Positions 8,933 to 18,296 of a stretch of 64,000 nucleotides of DNA are shown in pieces. Under the pieces are notes generated by a model, which was not told the DNA's origin, did no database searches, and saw nothing but the letters and a program-made list of their open reading frames with translations. The position numbers and the translations under genes were made by a program. How positions within the stretch are numbered: the stretch's first letter is position 1; each line of letters begins with the position of its first letter. The stretch comes from Candidatus Magasanikbacteria bacterium RIFOXYD1_FULL_40_23 (GTDB lineage Bacteria; Patescibacteriota; Patescibacteriia; Magasanikbacterales; GWA2-37-8), in the NCBI GenBank assembly GCA_001783215.1, contig MFRA01000005.1, positions 254,322 to 318,321 of the forward strand, in the 5' to 3' direction.

Positions 8933-9439
8933 CTAACGTCCTAATTTTGGCGCTGACATTTTGACCTTATACTTCATACCCATAAAGTTGCCTGTAAAAT
9001 GCTGTTTTCCAAACAGCGTTACATATTGTTGAGGGATATTATTGTCTTTTGTCCATTGCTTTAAATCCTCAGTTGTTTTTTTCATGGCAGCTGCTCTGTC
9101 GGTAGGGGTCATGTCTTTCAAGTCGACTAAACTTGTTTGTATCTCCTTGGTTTTACTGGTAATTAGATCTGCCTGGGCTTGGGTCAATTTTCCGTTTTTG
9201 ACCGCTTCAGCCAAGATGTCGGCCGTTCTTTTTTGGTGCTGCAGAGTGACTGTTTCGTTTATCACACTTTGCACATCCACCTGGTTTAGATTGAATTTTG
9301 CAGCAATGGCAGTAGAAATTTCGTTAAATTGATTATATTTTACTGGGTTAGTACTAGCCGCATAGGTGGTGCCTGCTGCCAGCAAGCCTACTACCGTAAG
9401 AGTAGATAAGGAAGCATATATAAGATTTTTCTTTTTCAT
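8933..9439 (-). CDS. Secreted helical protein (YckD/DUF2680-like)
   Basis: Signal peptide ending TTYA; AVKNGKLTQAQAD motif. Confidence 0.7.
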   Translation of the reverse strand: MKKKNLIYASLSTLTVVGLLAAGTTYAASTNPVKYNQFNEISTAIAAKFNLNQVDVQSVINETVTLQHQKRTADILAEAVKNGKLTQAQADLITSKTKEIQTSLVDLKDMTPTDRAAAMKKTTEDLKQWTKDNNIPQQYVTLFGKQHFTGNFMGMKYKVKMSAPKLGR

Positions 9440-9501
9440 AACAATATAATATTAAGTTGGTGAATTATTTTTTTCGACCTTTTATACGCTGCGTATAATA
9501 A

Positions 9502-9528
9502 TACGTTCCACTGATTTAAAATGGTGCA
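9502..9528 (-). promoter_or_regulatory. Putative ECF sigma promoter 1
   Basis: TGCACC-17 nt-CGTA upstream of the 8933-9439 gene; same motif at 10179-10205. Confidence 0.7.
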
Positions 9529-9592
9529 TCAGAAAAATTATATTTTTTACATATTTGTATTTTTTTGTTTTTTACAGTAGAGTGAAAATTAT

Positions 9593-10174
9593 ATGAATAC
9601 AGATTTGGATGAAAAATTAGTAGCCCTATATTTAGCTGGAGACGAAACCGCTCTGCAAAGTTTGGTGCGTAAACACACAACCGGTGTTTATAATTTTGTG
9701 GCGCAACTAGTAGGGTATGGCCAAAATGCGGAGGATGTCTCTCAGGAAGCCTTTATTAAAGCTTGGAAAAGTTTAAAAAAGTTTGATTTGGATAAGAAAT
9801 TTAAACCTTGGCTATATCGTATTGCTAGAAATTCGGCAATTGATTTTTTGCGCCAGCGCAAAGCTACAGTTCCTTTGGTAAACACATATGATGATGAAGA
9901 AGTAAACGAAGCGGATTATGTGGTAGATCCGGAGCCACTTCCATTGGAGCAGGCCATATCATCGGAAACAAAAGAGGCTATTCAAAAGTTGGTTAATTCC
10001 TTGCCATCAATTTATAGTACGGTATTAAAATTATATTATTTGGAAGAATTTTCTTTGCCAGAAATAGCCGAAATTTTGAATGAATCTATAGATACTGTAA
10101 AAAGTAAGCATCGTCGTGCTTTGATAAAACTGCGAGAATTAGTCTCGGAAGACCGTAACTTAGCCAAAAACTAG
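9593..10174 (+). CDS. ECF-type RNA polymerase sigma factor
   Basis: AEDVSQEAFIKAW and FKPWLYRIARN (region 2); EIAEILNESIDTVKSKHRRA (region 4). Confidence 0.93.
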   Translation: MNTDLDEKLVALYLAGDETALQSLVRKHTTGVYNFVAQLVGYGQNAEDVSQEAFIKAWKSLKKFDLDKKFKPWLYRIARNSAIDFLRQRKATVPLVNTYDDEEVNEADYVVDPEPLPLEQAISSETKEAIQKLVNSLPSIYSTVLKLYYLEEFSLPEIAEILNESIDTVKSKHRRALIKLRELVSEDRNLAKN

Positions 10175-10178
10175 CCTT

Positions 10179-10205
10179 TGCACCATAATTATTAATTATT
10201 ACGTA
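10179..10205 (+). promoter_or_regulatory. Putative ECF sigma promoter 2
   Basis: TGCACC-17 nt-CGTA ending 11 nt before ATG 10217. Confidence 0.7.
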
Positions 10206-10216
10206 ATATATAGCGT

Positions 10217-10651
10217 ATGCCGAAATTTTCTAACCTATTTGAAGAAACCGTATACTTGGCTGTTAAAGACAGTAGACTAGTAACCCCTTCAGCCACGTTG
10301 GCGGACAGGGTGCTTTTTGCTATCGAAAGAAAAAAGCGTTTTTATGCTTCTGTTAAATTGGCTATTTACAGTCTTGTTACCATAACTTCTTCCATTGGTT
10401 TGGCTGTAGTTTGGCGTATTGAAGGATCGGCCATAATAAACTCAGAAGCGATACAGTTATTATCTTTGTTGTTTAGCGATTTTAGTATAGTTGCTAGTTA
10501 TTGGCAGGATTACGCCTTTTCTTTGTTAGAGTCTTTGCCGGTTGTGTCTATAATTGTTGTTGCTTCTTTTGCTTGGGCAGCGTGCGCTTCTTTATGGATG
10601 GCGGCTCGCACATACAAAACATTCAATCATCGCGCAGTTGTTCGTGTTTAA
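10217..10651 (+). CDS. Membrane protein, putative anti-sigma factor
   Basis: Directly after the ECF gene; PS..LADRVL..I motif followed by TM helices. Confidence 0.65.
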   Translation: MPKFSNLFEETVYLAVKDSRLVTPSATLADRVLFAIERKKRFYASVKLAIYSLVTITSSIGLAVVWRIEGSAIINSEAIQLLSLLFSDFSIVASYWQDYAFSLLESLPVVSIIVVASFAWAACASLWMAARTYKTFNHRAVVRV

Positions 10652-10669
10652 TTTTTTTAAAAAAAATAT

Positions 10670-11131
10670 ATGACTATGGAAACTAAATTAGTTGGAACAA
10701 AAATTATAAAAGTATCTTTGATTGTCTTTGGTCTGCTTATTGCAGTTATGGCTATATTTTGGGCAGGAATGATGACAGGTTTCCGCAAAGCTAGATTTAG
10801 CTATCAGTGGGACAAAAATTATAATGTTCTTTTTACAAGAGGGCCGGGACACAAAATGCCGCCAATGGGGGATGTTCGAGGCAGAGAGTTTATGGACGCC
10901 AACAGCGCGTTTGGTTTAGTGATTGGGGTAAATTCCAGCACTCTGATTATTAAAGGCGATGACGATATTGAGAAAAGTATTTTTATTACCAACCAGACTG
11001 TTATTCGCAGAGGTCCGGAAACAATTGGAGCGGGCGATATAAAATCTGATGACAGAGTTGTAATTTTGGGCGTGCCTAGTAGCACTGGTCAAATAGAAGC
11101 CAGACTTATTCGACTTATGCCTAAATTGTAA
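10670..11131 (+). CDS. Single-TM exported protein, DUF5666-like OB fold
   Basis: N-terminal TM; DIKSDDRVVILG...GQIEARLIR. Confidence 0.65.
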   Translation: MTMETKLVGTKIIKVSLIVFGLLIAVMAIFWAGMMTGFRKARFSYQWDKNYNVLFTRGPGHKMPPMGDVRGREFMDANSAFGLVIGVNSSTLIIKGDDDIEKSIFITNQTVIRRGPETIGAGDIKSDDRVVILGVPSSTGQIEARLIRLMPKL

Positions 11132-11139
11132 ATCTTATT

Positions 11140-12930
11140 ATGCTACACAAGATTATAGGTTGGATTACCAAACATAAAATATATACCCTTGTCATAGTGG
11201 GAGTTTTGGTTTTTGGTGGAAGATTTGCTTATCAATCTTTAAAAAGTGATAAGGTTGCTGTTAGTTATGTTTTAAGTACAGTTAGTAAAGGTACTTTGAT
11301 TACTTCTATTTCTGGCAGTGGTCAAATTTCTGTAATAAATCAGGTTGATATAAAAGCAAAAGCCGGTGGGGAAGTAACTGGTGTGTATGTAAAACAAGGG
11401 CAAGAAGTAAAATCCGGAACTATTTTGGCGCTAGTTGATGCTGGTGATGCGCAACGTTCGGTACGTGACGCGCAAACATCTTTGGAAACAGCCAAGCTAG
11501 AATTGGATAAAATACTTGCACCAACAGACGAGCTTACTTTGTTGCAGGCAGAAAACTCTTTGGCTCAGACAAAAGAATCAAAACAAAAGGCGGAAGATAG
11601 TTTAAAAAAAGCGTATGAAGATGGCTTTAATACTATATCCAATGCATTTTTAGCCTTGCCCGGAGTTATTACTGGATTACAAGACCTGCTTTTTTCTAGT
11701 ACTCTTAGTTATAGTCAGGCAAATTTAGATTTTTATGCAGGCGCTGTAAAAAGTTATGATGACAAAGTTTTGCAATATAGAGACGACGCCTATAACACTT
11801 ACCAAACAGCCCGTGCTGCCTACGACAAAAACTTTCAAGATTTTAAGTCTGTAACCAGATTTTCTGATTCAAATACAATTGAAAACACTATTACTCAAAC
11901 TTACAATACTACTAGACTTATTGCCGAAGCTGTAAAAAGCGCCAATAACCTAGCTCAGTTTTATCGAGATAAACTCACAGAACATAATATTGAACCAAAT
12001 TCAATTTCTGCCACTCATCTTTCTAGCCTTAACTCCTATACTAGTATTACCAACAGCCATCTTTCCAGTCTTCTTTCTATAAAACAAACCATCGCTGACT
12101 CGCAAGCTTCTATTATAAGCACAGCCAGAACCATACAAGAAAAAGAATTATCGCTTGCAAAGACAAAAAGCGGTGCAGAGACTTTGGATATTCGTGCAAA
12201 AAAGATAGCGATTCAACAAAAAGAGGATGCCTTAGCTGCCGCTAGACAGACATTGGCTGATCATTATGTACGTGCGCCTTTTGACGGTGTGATTGCCAAA
12301 GTTAATATTAAAAAAGGGGAGTCGCTTTCCTCCGGAGGTGCTGTGGTTACGCTTATTACCAAACAACATACAGCGGAAGTTTCTTTAAATGAAGTGGATG
12401 CAGCCAAAATTAAAGTTGGACAAAAGGTGAATGTAACATTTGATGCCATTGATGGTTTGAAGATTTCCGGCGAAGTTGCAGAGATCGATGCGCTTGGTAC
12501 GGTATCACAAGGAGTTGTAACTTATAATGTAAAAATTGTTCTTGATACTCAAGATGACAGAATAAAGCTTGGTATGAGTGTGAGTGCAACTATCACTACC
12601 GCCGTTAAACAAGATGTAGTTATAGTTCCTAGCAGTGCTGTTAAAACCCAAAACGGCAACAGTTATGTAGAAATGTTTGATCAACCAATACAGAACCCAA
12701 GCAGTCAAGGTGTAACTTCAGATATTCCTCCGCGCCAACAAGTTGTACAGATTGGTATTTCTAATGACACTGAAACAGAAATTATTTCTGGTCTTAAAGA
12801 AGGCGATCAAATTATAATTAGAACTGTTACTGCTTCTGCTGCTAAACCAGCTACTACTCAGGCACCAAGTTTGTTTGGTACAGGTGGTGGAGGAAATAGA
12901 ACCTTTAATGCAGGCGGGGCAGGACGTTAA
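11140..12930 (+). CDS. MacA/YknX-like membrane fusion (adaptor) protein with a long coiled coil
   Basis: N-terminal TM; GEVTGVYVKQGQEVKSG, VRAPFDGVIA, EVDAAKIKVGQ, EIISGLKEGD. Confidence 0.9.
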   Translation: MLHKIIGWITKHKIYTLVIVGVLVFGGRFAYQSLKSDKVAVSYVLSTVSKGTLITSISGSGQISVINQVDIKAKAGGEVTGVYVKQGQEVKSGTILALVDAGDAQRSVRDAQTSLETAKLELDKILAPTDELTLLQAENSLAQTKESKQKAEDSLKKAYEDGFNTISNAFLALPGVITGLQDLLFSSTLSYSQANLDFYAGAVKSYDDKVLQYRDDAYNTYQTARAAYDKNFQDFKSVTRFSDSNTIENTITQTYNTTRLIAEAVKSANNLAQFYRDKLTEHNIEPNSISATHLSSLNSYTSITNSHLSSLLSIKQTIADSQASIISTARTIQEKELSLAKTKSGAETLDIRAKKIAIQQKEDALAAARQTLADHYVRAPFDGVIAKVNIKKGESLSSGGAVVTLITKQHTAEVSLNEVDAAKIKVGQKVNVTFDAIDGLKISGEVAEIDALGTVSQGVVTYNVKIVLDTQDDRIKLGMSVSATITTAVKQDVVIVPSSAVKTQNGNSYVEMFDQPIQNPSSQGVTSDIPPRQQVVQIGISNDTETEIISGLKEGDQIIIRTVTASAAKPATTQAPSLFGTGGGGNRTFNAGGAGR

Positions 12931-12961
12931 AACTTTCCCTACTCAGTTCGAATATATATGT

Positions 12962-13672
12962 ATGATAGAAATAAAAAATGTTGTAAAGACATACAAAAGT
13001 GGTGATGGCACCGAGTTTCAGGCGTTAAAAAGTGTTAGTTTCAAAATTGAAGACGGAGAGTTTGTGGCAATTATGGGTCCATCTGGATCTGGAAAGTCCA
13101 CTCTTATGCATATTTTGGGCGCACTTGATACGCCTACTAGTGGTACTTATTTTTTGGACGGTAAGGATGTTTCCACTCTTTCCGAAGACGAATTGGCCGA
13201 TATTCGTAAAGGCAAAATTGGTTTTGTTTTTCAATCATTTAATTTATTGCCACGAGCTACGGTGTTGCGAAATGTGATGTTGCCGCTAGTATATAACGGA
13301 GTGCCACACGCCGATAGGCAGCCACAAGCAGAGGCAGCCTTGAAAGCCGCTGGTTTGGATGAAGGTCGTTTTCATAATTTATCTAATCAGTTATCCGGAG
13401 GGCAGATTCAGCGCGTAGCTATTGCCAGAGCTTTGGTAAATAATCCATCACTTATTTTGGCCGACGAACCCACTGGAAACTTGGATACAAAAACGGGAGA
13501 AATTGTTTTGGGAACTTTTCAGAAATTGAACAATGAACAAGGGCGTACGATTATTCTTATTACCCACGAACACGATGTAGCTCAGCATGCCGGACGTATA
13601 ATCTTTATCAAAGATGGGCAAATACTTAGTGATGCGAAAAATCCAAATCAGAAATTAATTAAGGATTTATAA
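12962..13672 (+). CDS. ABC transporter ATP-binding protein (MacB/LolD type)
   Basis: GPSGSGKST, LSGGQIQRVAIARAL, ILADEPTGNLD; start at ATG 12962. Confidence 0.95.
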   Translation: MIEIKNVVKTYKSGDGTEFQALKSVSFKIEDGEFVAIMGPSGSGKSTLMHILGALDTPTSGTYFLDGKDVSTLSEDELADIRKGKIGFVFQSFNLLPRATVLRNVMLPLVYNGVPHADRQPQAEAALKAAGLDEGRFHNLSNQLSGGQIQRVAIARALVNNPSLILADEPTGNLDTKTGEIVLGTFQKLNNEQGRTIILITHEHDVAQHAGRIIFIKDGQILSDAKNPNQKLIKDL

Positions 13673-13716
13673 TAAAAACAAGATAAAAATCACGTTGCGT
13701 ATATACTAATTGATCT

Positions 13717-14940
13717 ATGACAGTTGCTGATTTATTAGAAGAAACTTATTCCGCCTTATCCTCCAACAAAGCCAGGTCATTTTTGACTATTCTTGGTATT
13801 GTTATTGGTATTGGTTCGGTAATCGCTATGGTGGCCATTGGCCAAGGCGCGCAAAGTTCTATTGCCGCTCGCATTCAATCTATCGGTTCAGATTTGGTGC
13901 AAGTTACTCCAGGCGCGCAACGAGGAGTTGGTACTCAAGTCAGCTCTGGTCGTGGTGCATCTCGCACTCTCACCCAAGAAGATGCTGATGCTATTTCTAA
14001 AGAAGTAAGCACTGCCAAAGCGGTAGCTCCGGAACTTTCGGGACGTTATCAAGTTACAGCTAAAGGGAAAAATACAAATACATCCGTAGTAGGGGTTTCG
14101 CCAACTTATCCGGCCGTAAGAAATATAGCAGTAGATCAGGGTTCATTTATTTCTGACCAGAATTTGCTTAGTCTTTCCAAGGTGGCAGTTCTCGGTCCAA
14201 CCACGCGTGACGATCTTTTTGGAACAGATGCCGAAGCTGTCGGGCAGACAATACGAATTAAGAATATAGAATTTAAAGTAATCGGTATAACCACAGCTAA
14301 AGGTGGAACTGGTTTTGGTAGTCAAGACGATATGATATTCATTCCGCTTACCAGCGCGCAGCGGTTTTTGGCAGGGGATAATTATGTGACTACTATTAGT
14401 GTTCAGGCAGTTGATTCAGATTCAATGGCTCAAACACAGCAGCAAATAACAGATTTATTATTATCTCGTCATCATATTTCTGATCCAGAAGCAGCGGATT
14501 TTAGCACTTTGAATCAAGCGGACATTGTGGCCACCGCATCTAGTGTTACTGGTACGTTTACTATTCTGCTTGCGGCCGTGGCAGGAATTTCTTTGGTGGT
14601 AGGCGGCATTGGTATTATGAACATGATGTTAACTACAGTTACCGAACGAACCAGAGAGATTGGTTTGCGCAAAGCCATTGGAGCTAAACGAAGTGAGATT
14701 AATTTGCAGTTTCTTATTGAGGCAATAGTACTAACCTGCGTTGGCGGGTTGGTCGGTATAGTTTTGGGTTGGGCAGTGTCATTTGGGATTACTTATTTGG
14801 GAATTTTACAAACCAGCGTTTCTTTCTCTTCAGTCCTGCTTGCATTTGGAGTTTCGGCGGTTATCGGAATTGTTTTTGGTTATTTTCCTGCGCGTCGAGC
14901 TGCCGCGCTAAATCCGATAGATGCTTTGCGTTATGAATAA
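13717..14940 (+). CDS. MacB/FtsX-type ABC permease
   Basis: RSFLTILGIVIGI, GGIGIMNMML..V.ERTREIGLRKAIGA, PARRAAALNPIDALRYE. Confidence 0.95.
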   Translation: MTVADLLEETYSALSSNKARSFLTILGIVIGIGSVIAMVAIGQGAQSSIAARIQSIGSDLVQVTPGAQRGVGTQVSSGRGASRTLTQEDADAISKEVSTAKAVAPELSGRYQVTAKGKNTNTSVVGVSPTYPAVRNIAVDQGSFISDQNLLSLSKVAVLGPTTRDDLFGTDAEAVGQTIRIKNIEFKVIGITTAKGGTGFGSQDDMIFIPLTSAQRFLAGDNYVTTISVQAVDSDSMAQTQQQITDLLLSRHHISDPEAADFSTLNQADIVATASSVTGTFTILLAAVAGISLVVGGIGIMNMMLTTVTERTREIGLRKAIGAKRSEINLQFLIEAIVLTCVGGLVGIVLGWAVSFGITYLGILQTSVSFSSVLLAFGVSAVIGIVFGYFPARRAAALNPIDALRYE

Positions 14941-14967
14941 ACAAACTATTTATTAATTAATTTAACT

Positions 14968-15038
14968 GTCATTCTGAGCAAGGCGAAGAATCTCTTTCGT
15001 TTGGATGTAAAGGGATCCTTCATTACATTCAGGATGAC
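14968..15038. repeat. GTCAT...ATGAC palindromic element, copy 2 (intergenic)
   Basis: GTCATTCTGAGC...GAAGAATC...GGATCCTTC...TCAGGATGAC, 71 bp. Confidence 0.9.
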
Positions 15039-15046
15039 AAAAACGT

Positions 15047-15499
15047 ATGAAAAAAATATTACCAGTGTTTGTCGTTTTGTTAGTATTAGTAGGTGGAGGA
15101 TCTTTTTATGGAGGTATGAAGTATTCTGATAGTAAAAGAGTCTCAAGGTTTTCTGCCGATATGGCTGGGGGCGGTAATTTTCGTGCCGGCAATATAATGG
15201 GCGGTGGTGCGCCGCGTAGTACTGGAATGGCTGGAGGGAATGCCAGAGGAGTTGGTTTTGCAACCGGAGAAATTCTATCTAAAGACGATAGTAGTTTAAC
15301 TATAAAATTGCGTGATGGGGGCTCTCAGATAATTTTCTTTTCCACATCTACTCAAATTATGAAGTCATCTGCTGGATCAATGGGGGATTTAATAGTTGGA
15401 GAAAGTATTACAGTAAATGGTAGTACTAACCAAGATGGAAGTGTAACCGCGCAAAGCATTCAGTTACGTCCGGATATCGCTACATCTTCTATAAGGTAA
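15047..15499 (+). CDS. Single-TM exported protein, DUF5666-like, Gly-rich
   Basis: GGGSFYGGMKY TM end; GEILSKDD...DLIVGESITVNG..NQDGSVTAQSIQL. Confidence 0.7.
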   Translation: MKKILPVFVVLLVLVGGGSFYGGMKYSDSKRVSRFSADMAGGGNFRAGNIMGGGAPRSTGMAGGNARGVGFATGEILSKDDSSLTIKLRDGGSQIIFFSTSTQIMKSSAGSMGDLIVGESITVNGSTNQDGSVTAQSIQLRPDIATSSIR

Positions 15500-15549
15500 T
15501 CAGGTATTTGAAAAAGTTTGCCATTTGTTTCGACTAACCCTATGCATGT

Positions 15550-15575
15550 CAAAATCCGCTTTTAAGCGGATTTTG
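15550..15575 (+). terminator. Intrinsic terminator
   Basis: CAAAATCCGCTT-TT-AAGCGGATTTTG. Confidence 0.7.
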
Positions 15576-15675
15576 TATATTTTATCTTTATAAGGGTTCT
15601 AATAACCTTGTTTTTATGCTAGACTAAAGTAGTCAGCTTAAAGCTGTTTTTTAAATTATTTATGAAGATTTACAC

Positions 15676-16383
15676 ATGTTCCTCTCTATAAAAAAATTAA
15701 GTAAAAATGACAAAAAAATTTGTCAAAAAACTATTAGCTCCAAGGCTATATATGCCATTGTAGGGGATGCTATATTAAGACAAAAAAGCATTTCCATAGT
15801 GAGGATGGGTGACGGAGAATGTAAAATCCTAAAAGCAGACAAAACCAAACCGTTTACGGCGTTTAATTATATGCACAATGAGTGGAATAAAAAACTAGGC
15901 ATAGAAAATATGCCTACTGATATTTTACAAAAAAATATAATAGAGGCAGGAAATAGCTGCTCCTATTTTGCCCCTTCGGTTTCCGGAATTTCCTTATCTG
16001 ATTATTATTTATATAATTTTTTTAAACCACGTAGGGAGTATTTTGATAATTTTTATGTAAATGACTGGACTGCCGAGATGATAAAAAGACTCTTTGAAGC
16101 AAGTGATGGCATATGTATTTTGCATAGGGATTATAAAAAAATAATAAGTAATTTTAAAAAAACATATAAATTTAAAAATACCGTTGTTTTTAAAGGGTTT
16201 CCTAAAAATAATTGGGATGATAACGAACAGTCGATTGATTTTGCCGTTAAATCCGGTATGCAACTAGTTCTTTATAGTGGAGGACCAGGTGCAAAAATTA
16301 TTGGACCAAAAATTGCTAAGGCCAAAAATAAAGTGGTATTGGATGTTGGGAATACTTTATTGCCTTGGAGCATAAAACGTTGA
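15676..16383 (+). CDS. GT-D fold-like glycosyltransferase domain protein
   Basis: SIVRMGDGE motif and C-terminal GPGAK...VLDVG; adjacent to a GT4 gene. Confidence 0.65.
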   Translation: MFLSIKKLSKNDKKICQKTISSKAIYAIVGDAILRQKSISIVRMGDGECKILKADKTKPFTAFNYMHNEWNKKLGIENMPTDILQKNIIEAGNSCSYFAPSVSGISLSDYYLYNFFKPRREYFDNFYVNDWTAEMIKRLFEASDGICILHRDYKKIISNFKKTYKFKNTVVFKGFPKNNWDDNEQSIDFAVKSGMQLVLYSGGPGAKIIGPKIAKAKNKVVLDVGNTLLPWSIKR

Positions 16384-16428
16384 TTTTGACCAAAGCTGGT
16401 ATCGCCGGTTAATTATTCTAATAATTTC

Positions 16429-17556
16429 ATGAAAATAGCAACAAATGTTCATCGCGATGCGTTTGGTGGCATAACTATTTCCAACCTCGCGCTTTTTGAT
16501 TGGTTGGCGGATAAAAGCGAGATTATTGTTGGTATTGAAATTGTCTCCGCACGGCATATTTTAGGTCCGGCTATATTTCGTCATTATCTTCCTTCATTTT
16601 TCAAACATCATATCATTAGCGGGCTTGATATCCTTCCTCGTTTTTCTTGGGAAAAAATGATAAATCCACGGAAAAAATGGAGTATTCTTATTGAAACAGC
16701 AAAAGAAGTTCTTCGTGACGAAGCTGTGGATATAGTGCTTATCAACGGAACATACAGTATGCCGTGGATTTTGGCTCAAGCTGCCCACGAATTGGGGATT
16801 CCAATTGTTTTGCGGTATGCCGGTATTTTACAGCGGGAAGTAAGTCATAAAAATTTTTTTATTCGGAACAGGCTTTTACAGTATGAAAAATGGCTTGCTA
16901 CGGTGGCTTCTCATATTATTTTCCCGTCGGATCTTTGTCGTAAGGTTGTTGAAAATGAGATAATTAATGGTCAAGTAAAAAAATGGTCTATTATTCCGAA
17001 TCCGGTCAAAAAATGCAAATACAGCTTGCTTAGACGTAATGGCCGTTATACTTTAGCGGCAATAGGCCGTTGGACACCTATTAAAAACTTCCAAGCATTT
17101 ATTGCTCTACACCAAGAATTATTGCAGCAGGAGTGGCAGCATCGCGCCATCATGGTAACATCGCGTTGGGATGAAAAGTTTGGTATACCTGAAGCCGTAG
17201 AGCGCAAAAACCCCATGAGCCATGAAGATCTATTAAAATTTTATCGTTCAGTCGATTTGGTTGTAATTGCTTCTCACTTTGAAACATTTTGCAATGTAGC
17301 TGCGGAAGCCTTGGTTTGTGGAACTTCTGTGCTAGTATCAAAAAATGTGGGAATTTCGGAGATTCTTATCAAGGCGGGGTTAAAGAGAATGGTAATTGAT
17401 TCATTTGATAGTCCTGTAAAAGTGGCCGAAGCCGTAAAACGAATTTCAAAAAAAAGGATGTCAGCAAGAGAAGTAAAGTTGGTCGCCTCTTTACTTGATT
17501 CACAAATTATTCACCAGCGCATTGTAGATGTGCTTAATAAAGTCATTAAGAGTTAA
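16429..17556 (+). CDS. Glycosyltransferase family 4 (GT-B)
   Basis: GR....KN and SHFETFCNVAAEALVCGT (Ex7E). Confidence 0.85.
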   Translation: MKIATNVHRDAFGGITISNLALFDWLADKSEIIVGIEIVSARHILGPAIFRHYLPSFFKHHIISGLDILPRFSWEKMINPRKKWSILIETAKEVLRDEAVDIVLINGTYSMPWILAQAAHELGIPIVLRYAGILQREVSHKNFFIRNRLLQYEKWLATVASHIIFPSDLCRKVVENEIINGQVKKWSIIPNPVKKCKYSLLRRNGRYTLAAIGRWTPIKNFQAFIALHQELLQQEWQHRAIMVTSRWDEKFGIPEAVERKNPMSHEDLLKFYRSVDLVVIASHFETFCNVAAEALVCGTSVLVSKNVGISEILIKAGLKRMVIDSFDSPVKVAEAVKRISKKRMSAREVKLVASLLDSQIIHQRIVDVLNKVIKS

Positions 17557-17572
17557 TAAATAGCACTCAGAT

Positions 17573-18289
17573 ATGAACGTACTTTTTTTCATCATTGCTT
17601 TTATTTCCGAAGTTGTCGGTACCATAGCCGGTTTCGGATCTTCTACCATTGCGCTGCCAATCAGTTTGTTATTTCTTGATTTTAAAACAGCCATTGTACT
17701 GGTTGCTTTTCTGCATATTTTTGGAAACATAGGGAGAGTAAGTTTTTTTCGTTTTGGTTTTGATAAAAATATTTTATTGAAATTCGGCATGATAAGCGTA
17801 CTTTTTTCACTAGTCGGAGCATTACTTGTAAATTACATTCCGCAAGCAGGGCTAAAAGGCGGTCTTGGCGTTTTTCTAATTATTTATTCTGCCATATCTT
17901 GGTCCGGGACATTTAAATTAAAAGCTTCAAGTGCGACCGCCCTAGTAGGCGGAACATTGTCGGGATTTTTGGCCGGTCTTATTGGTACGGGTGGTGCTTT
18001 GCGCGCCATGTTTTTAAGCGCCTTTCAGCTGCCAAAAGAAAAATTTATTGCCACAGCCGCGATTATTGCTTTGGCTGTGGACGCAATTAGAATACCTGTT
18101 TATATCAGCGGTGGTTATTTAGATAGTAATTTGTATTGGCTAGTGCCGATTATTTTTGTTACCGCTATCGCTGGTTCGTTTGTAGGCAAAAAAATCGTAG
18201 ACAAAATCCCGCAGAATTTTTTCAGAAAGGTGGTTTTGTCGGCTATTTTTATGGTCGGTGTGAAGTTTGTTATTGATTGGTTATTATAA
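17573..18289 (+). CDS. Sulfite exporter TauE/SafE family membrane protein
   Basis: GTIAGFGSS and SGFLAGLIGTGG repeats; about 8 TM segments. Confidence 0.85.
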   Translation: MNVLFFIIAFISEVVGTIAGFGSSTIALPISLLFLDFKTAIVLVAFLHIFGNIGRVSFFRFGFDKNILLKFGMISVLFSLVGALLVNYIPQAGLKGGLGVFLIIYSAISWSGTFKLKASSATALVGGTLSGFLAGLIGTGGALRAMFLSAFQLPKEKFIATAAIIALAVDAIRIPVYISGGYLDSNLYWLVPIIFVTAIAGSFVGKKIVDKIPQNFFRKVVLSAIFMVGVKFVIDWLL

Positions 18290-18296
18290 ATAAAAT

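Noticed and set aside
14946-15263. 105-aa minus-strand ORF containing VILNVMKDP
   Set aside because: It is the antisense reading of repeat copy 2 plus the DUF5666-like gene, not an independent gene.
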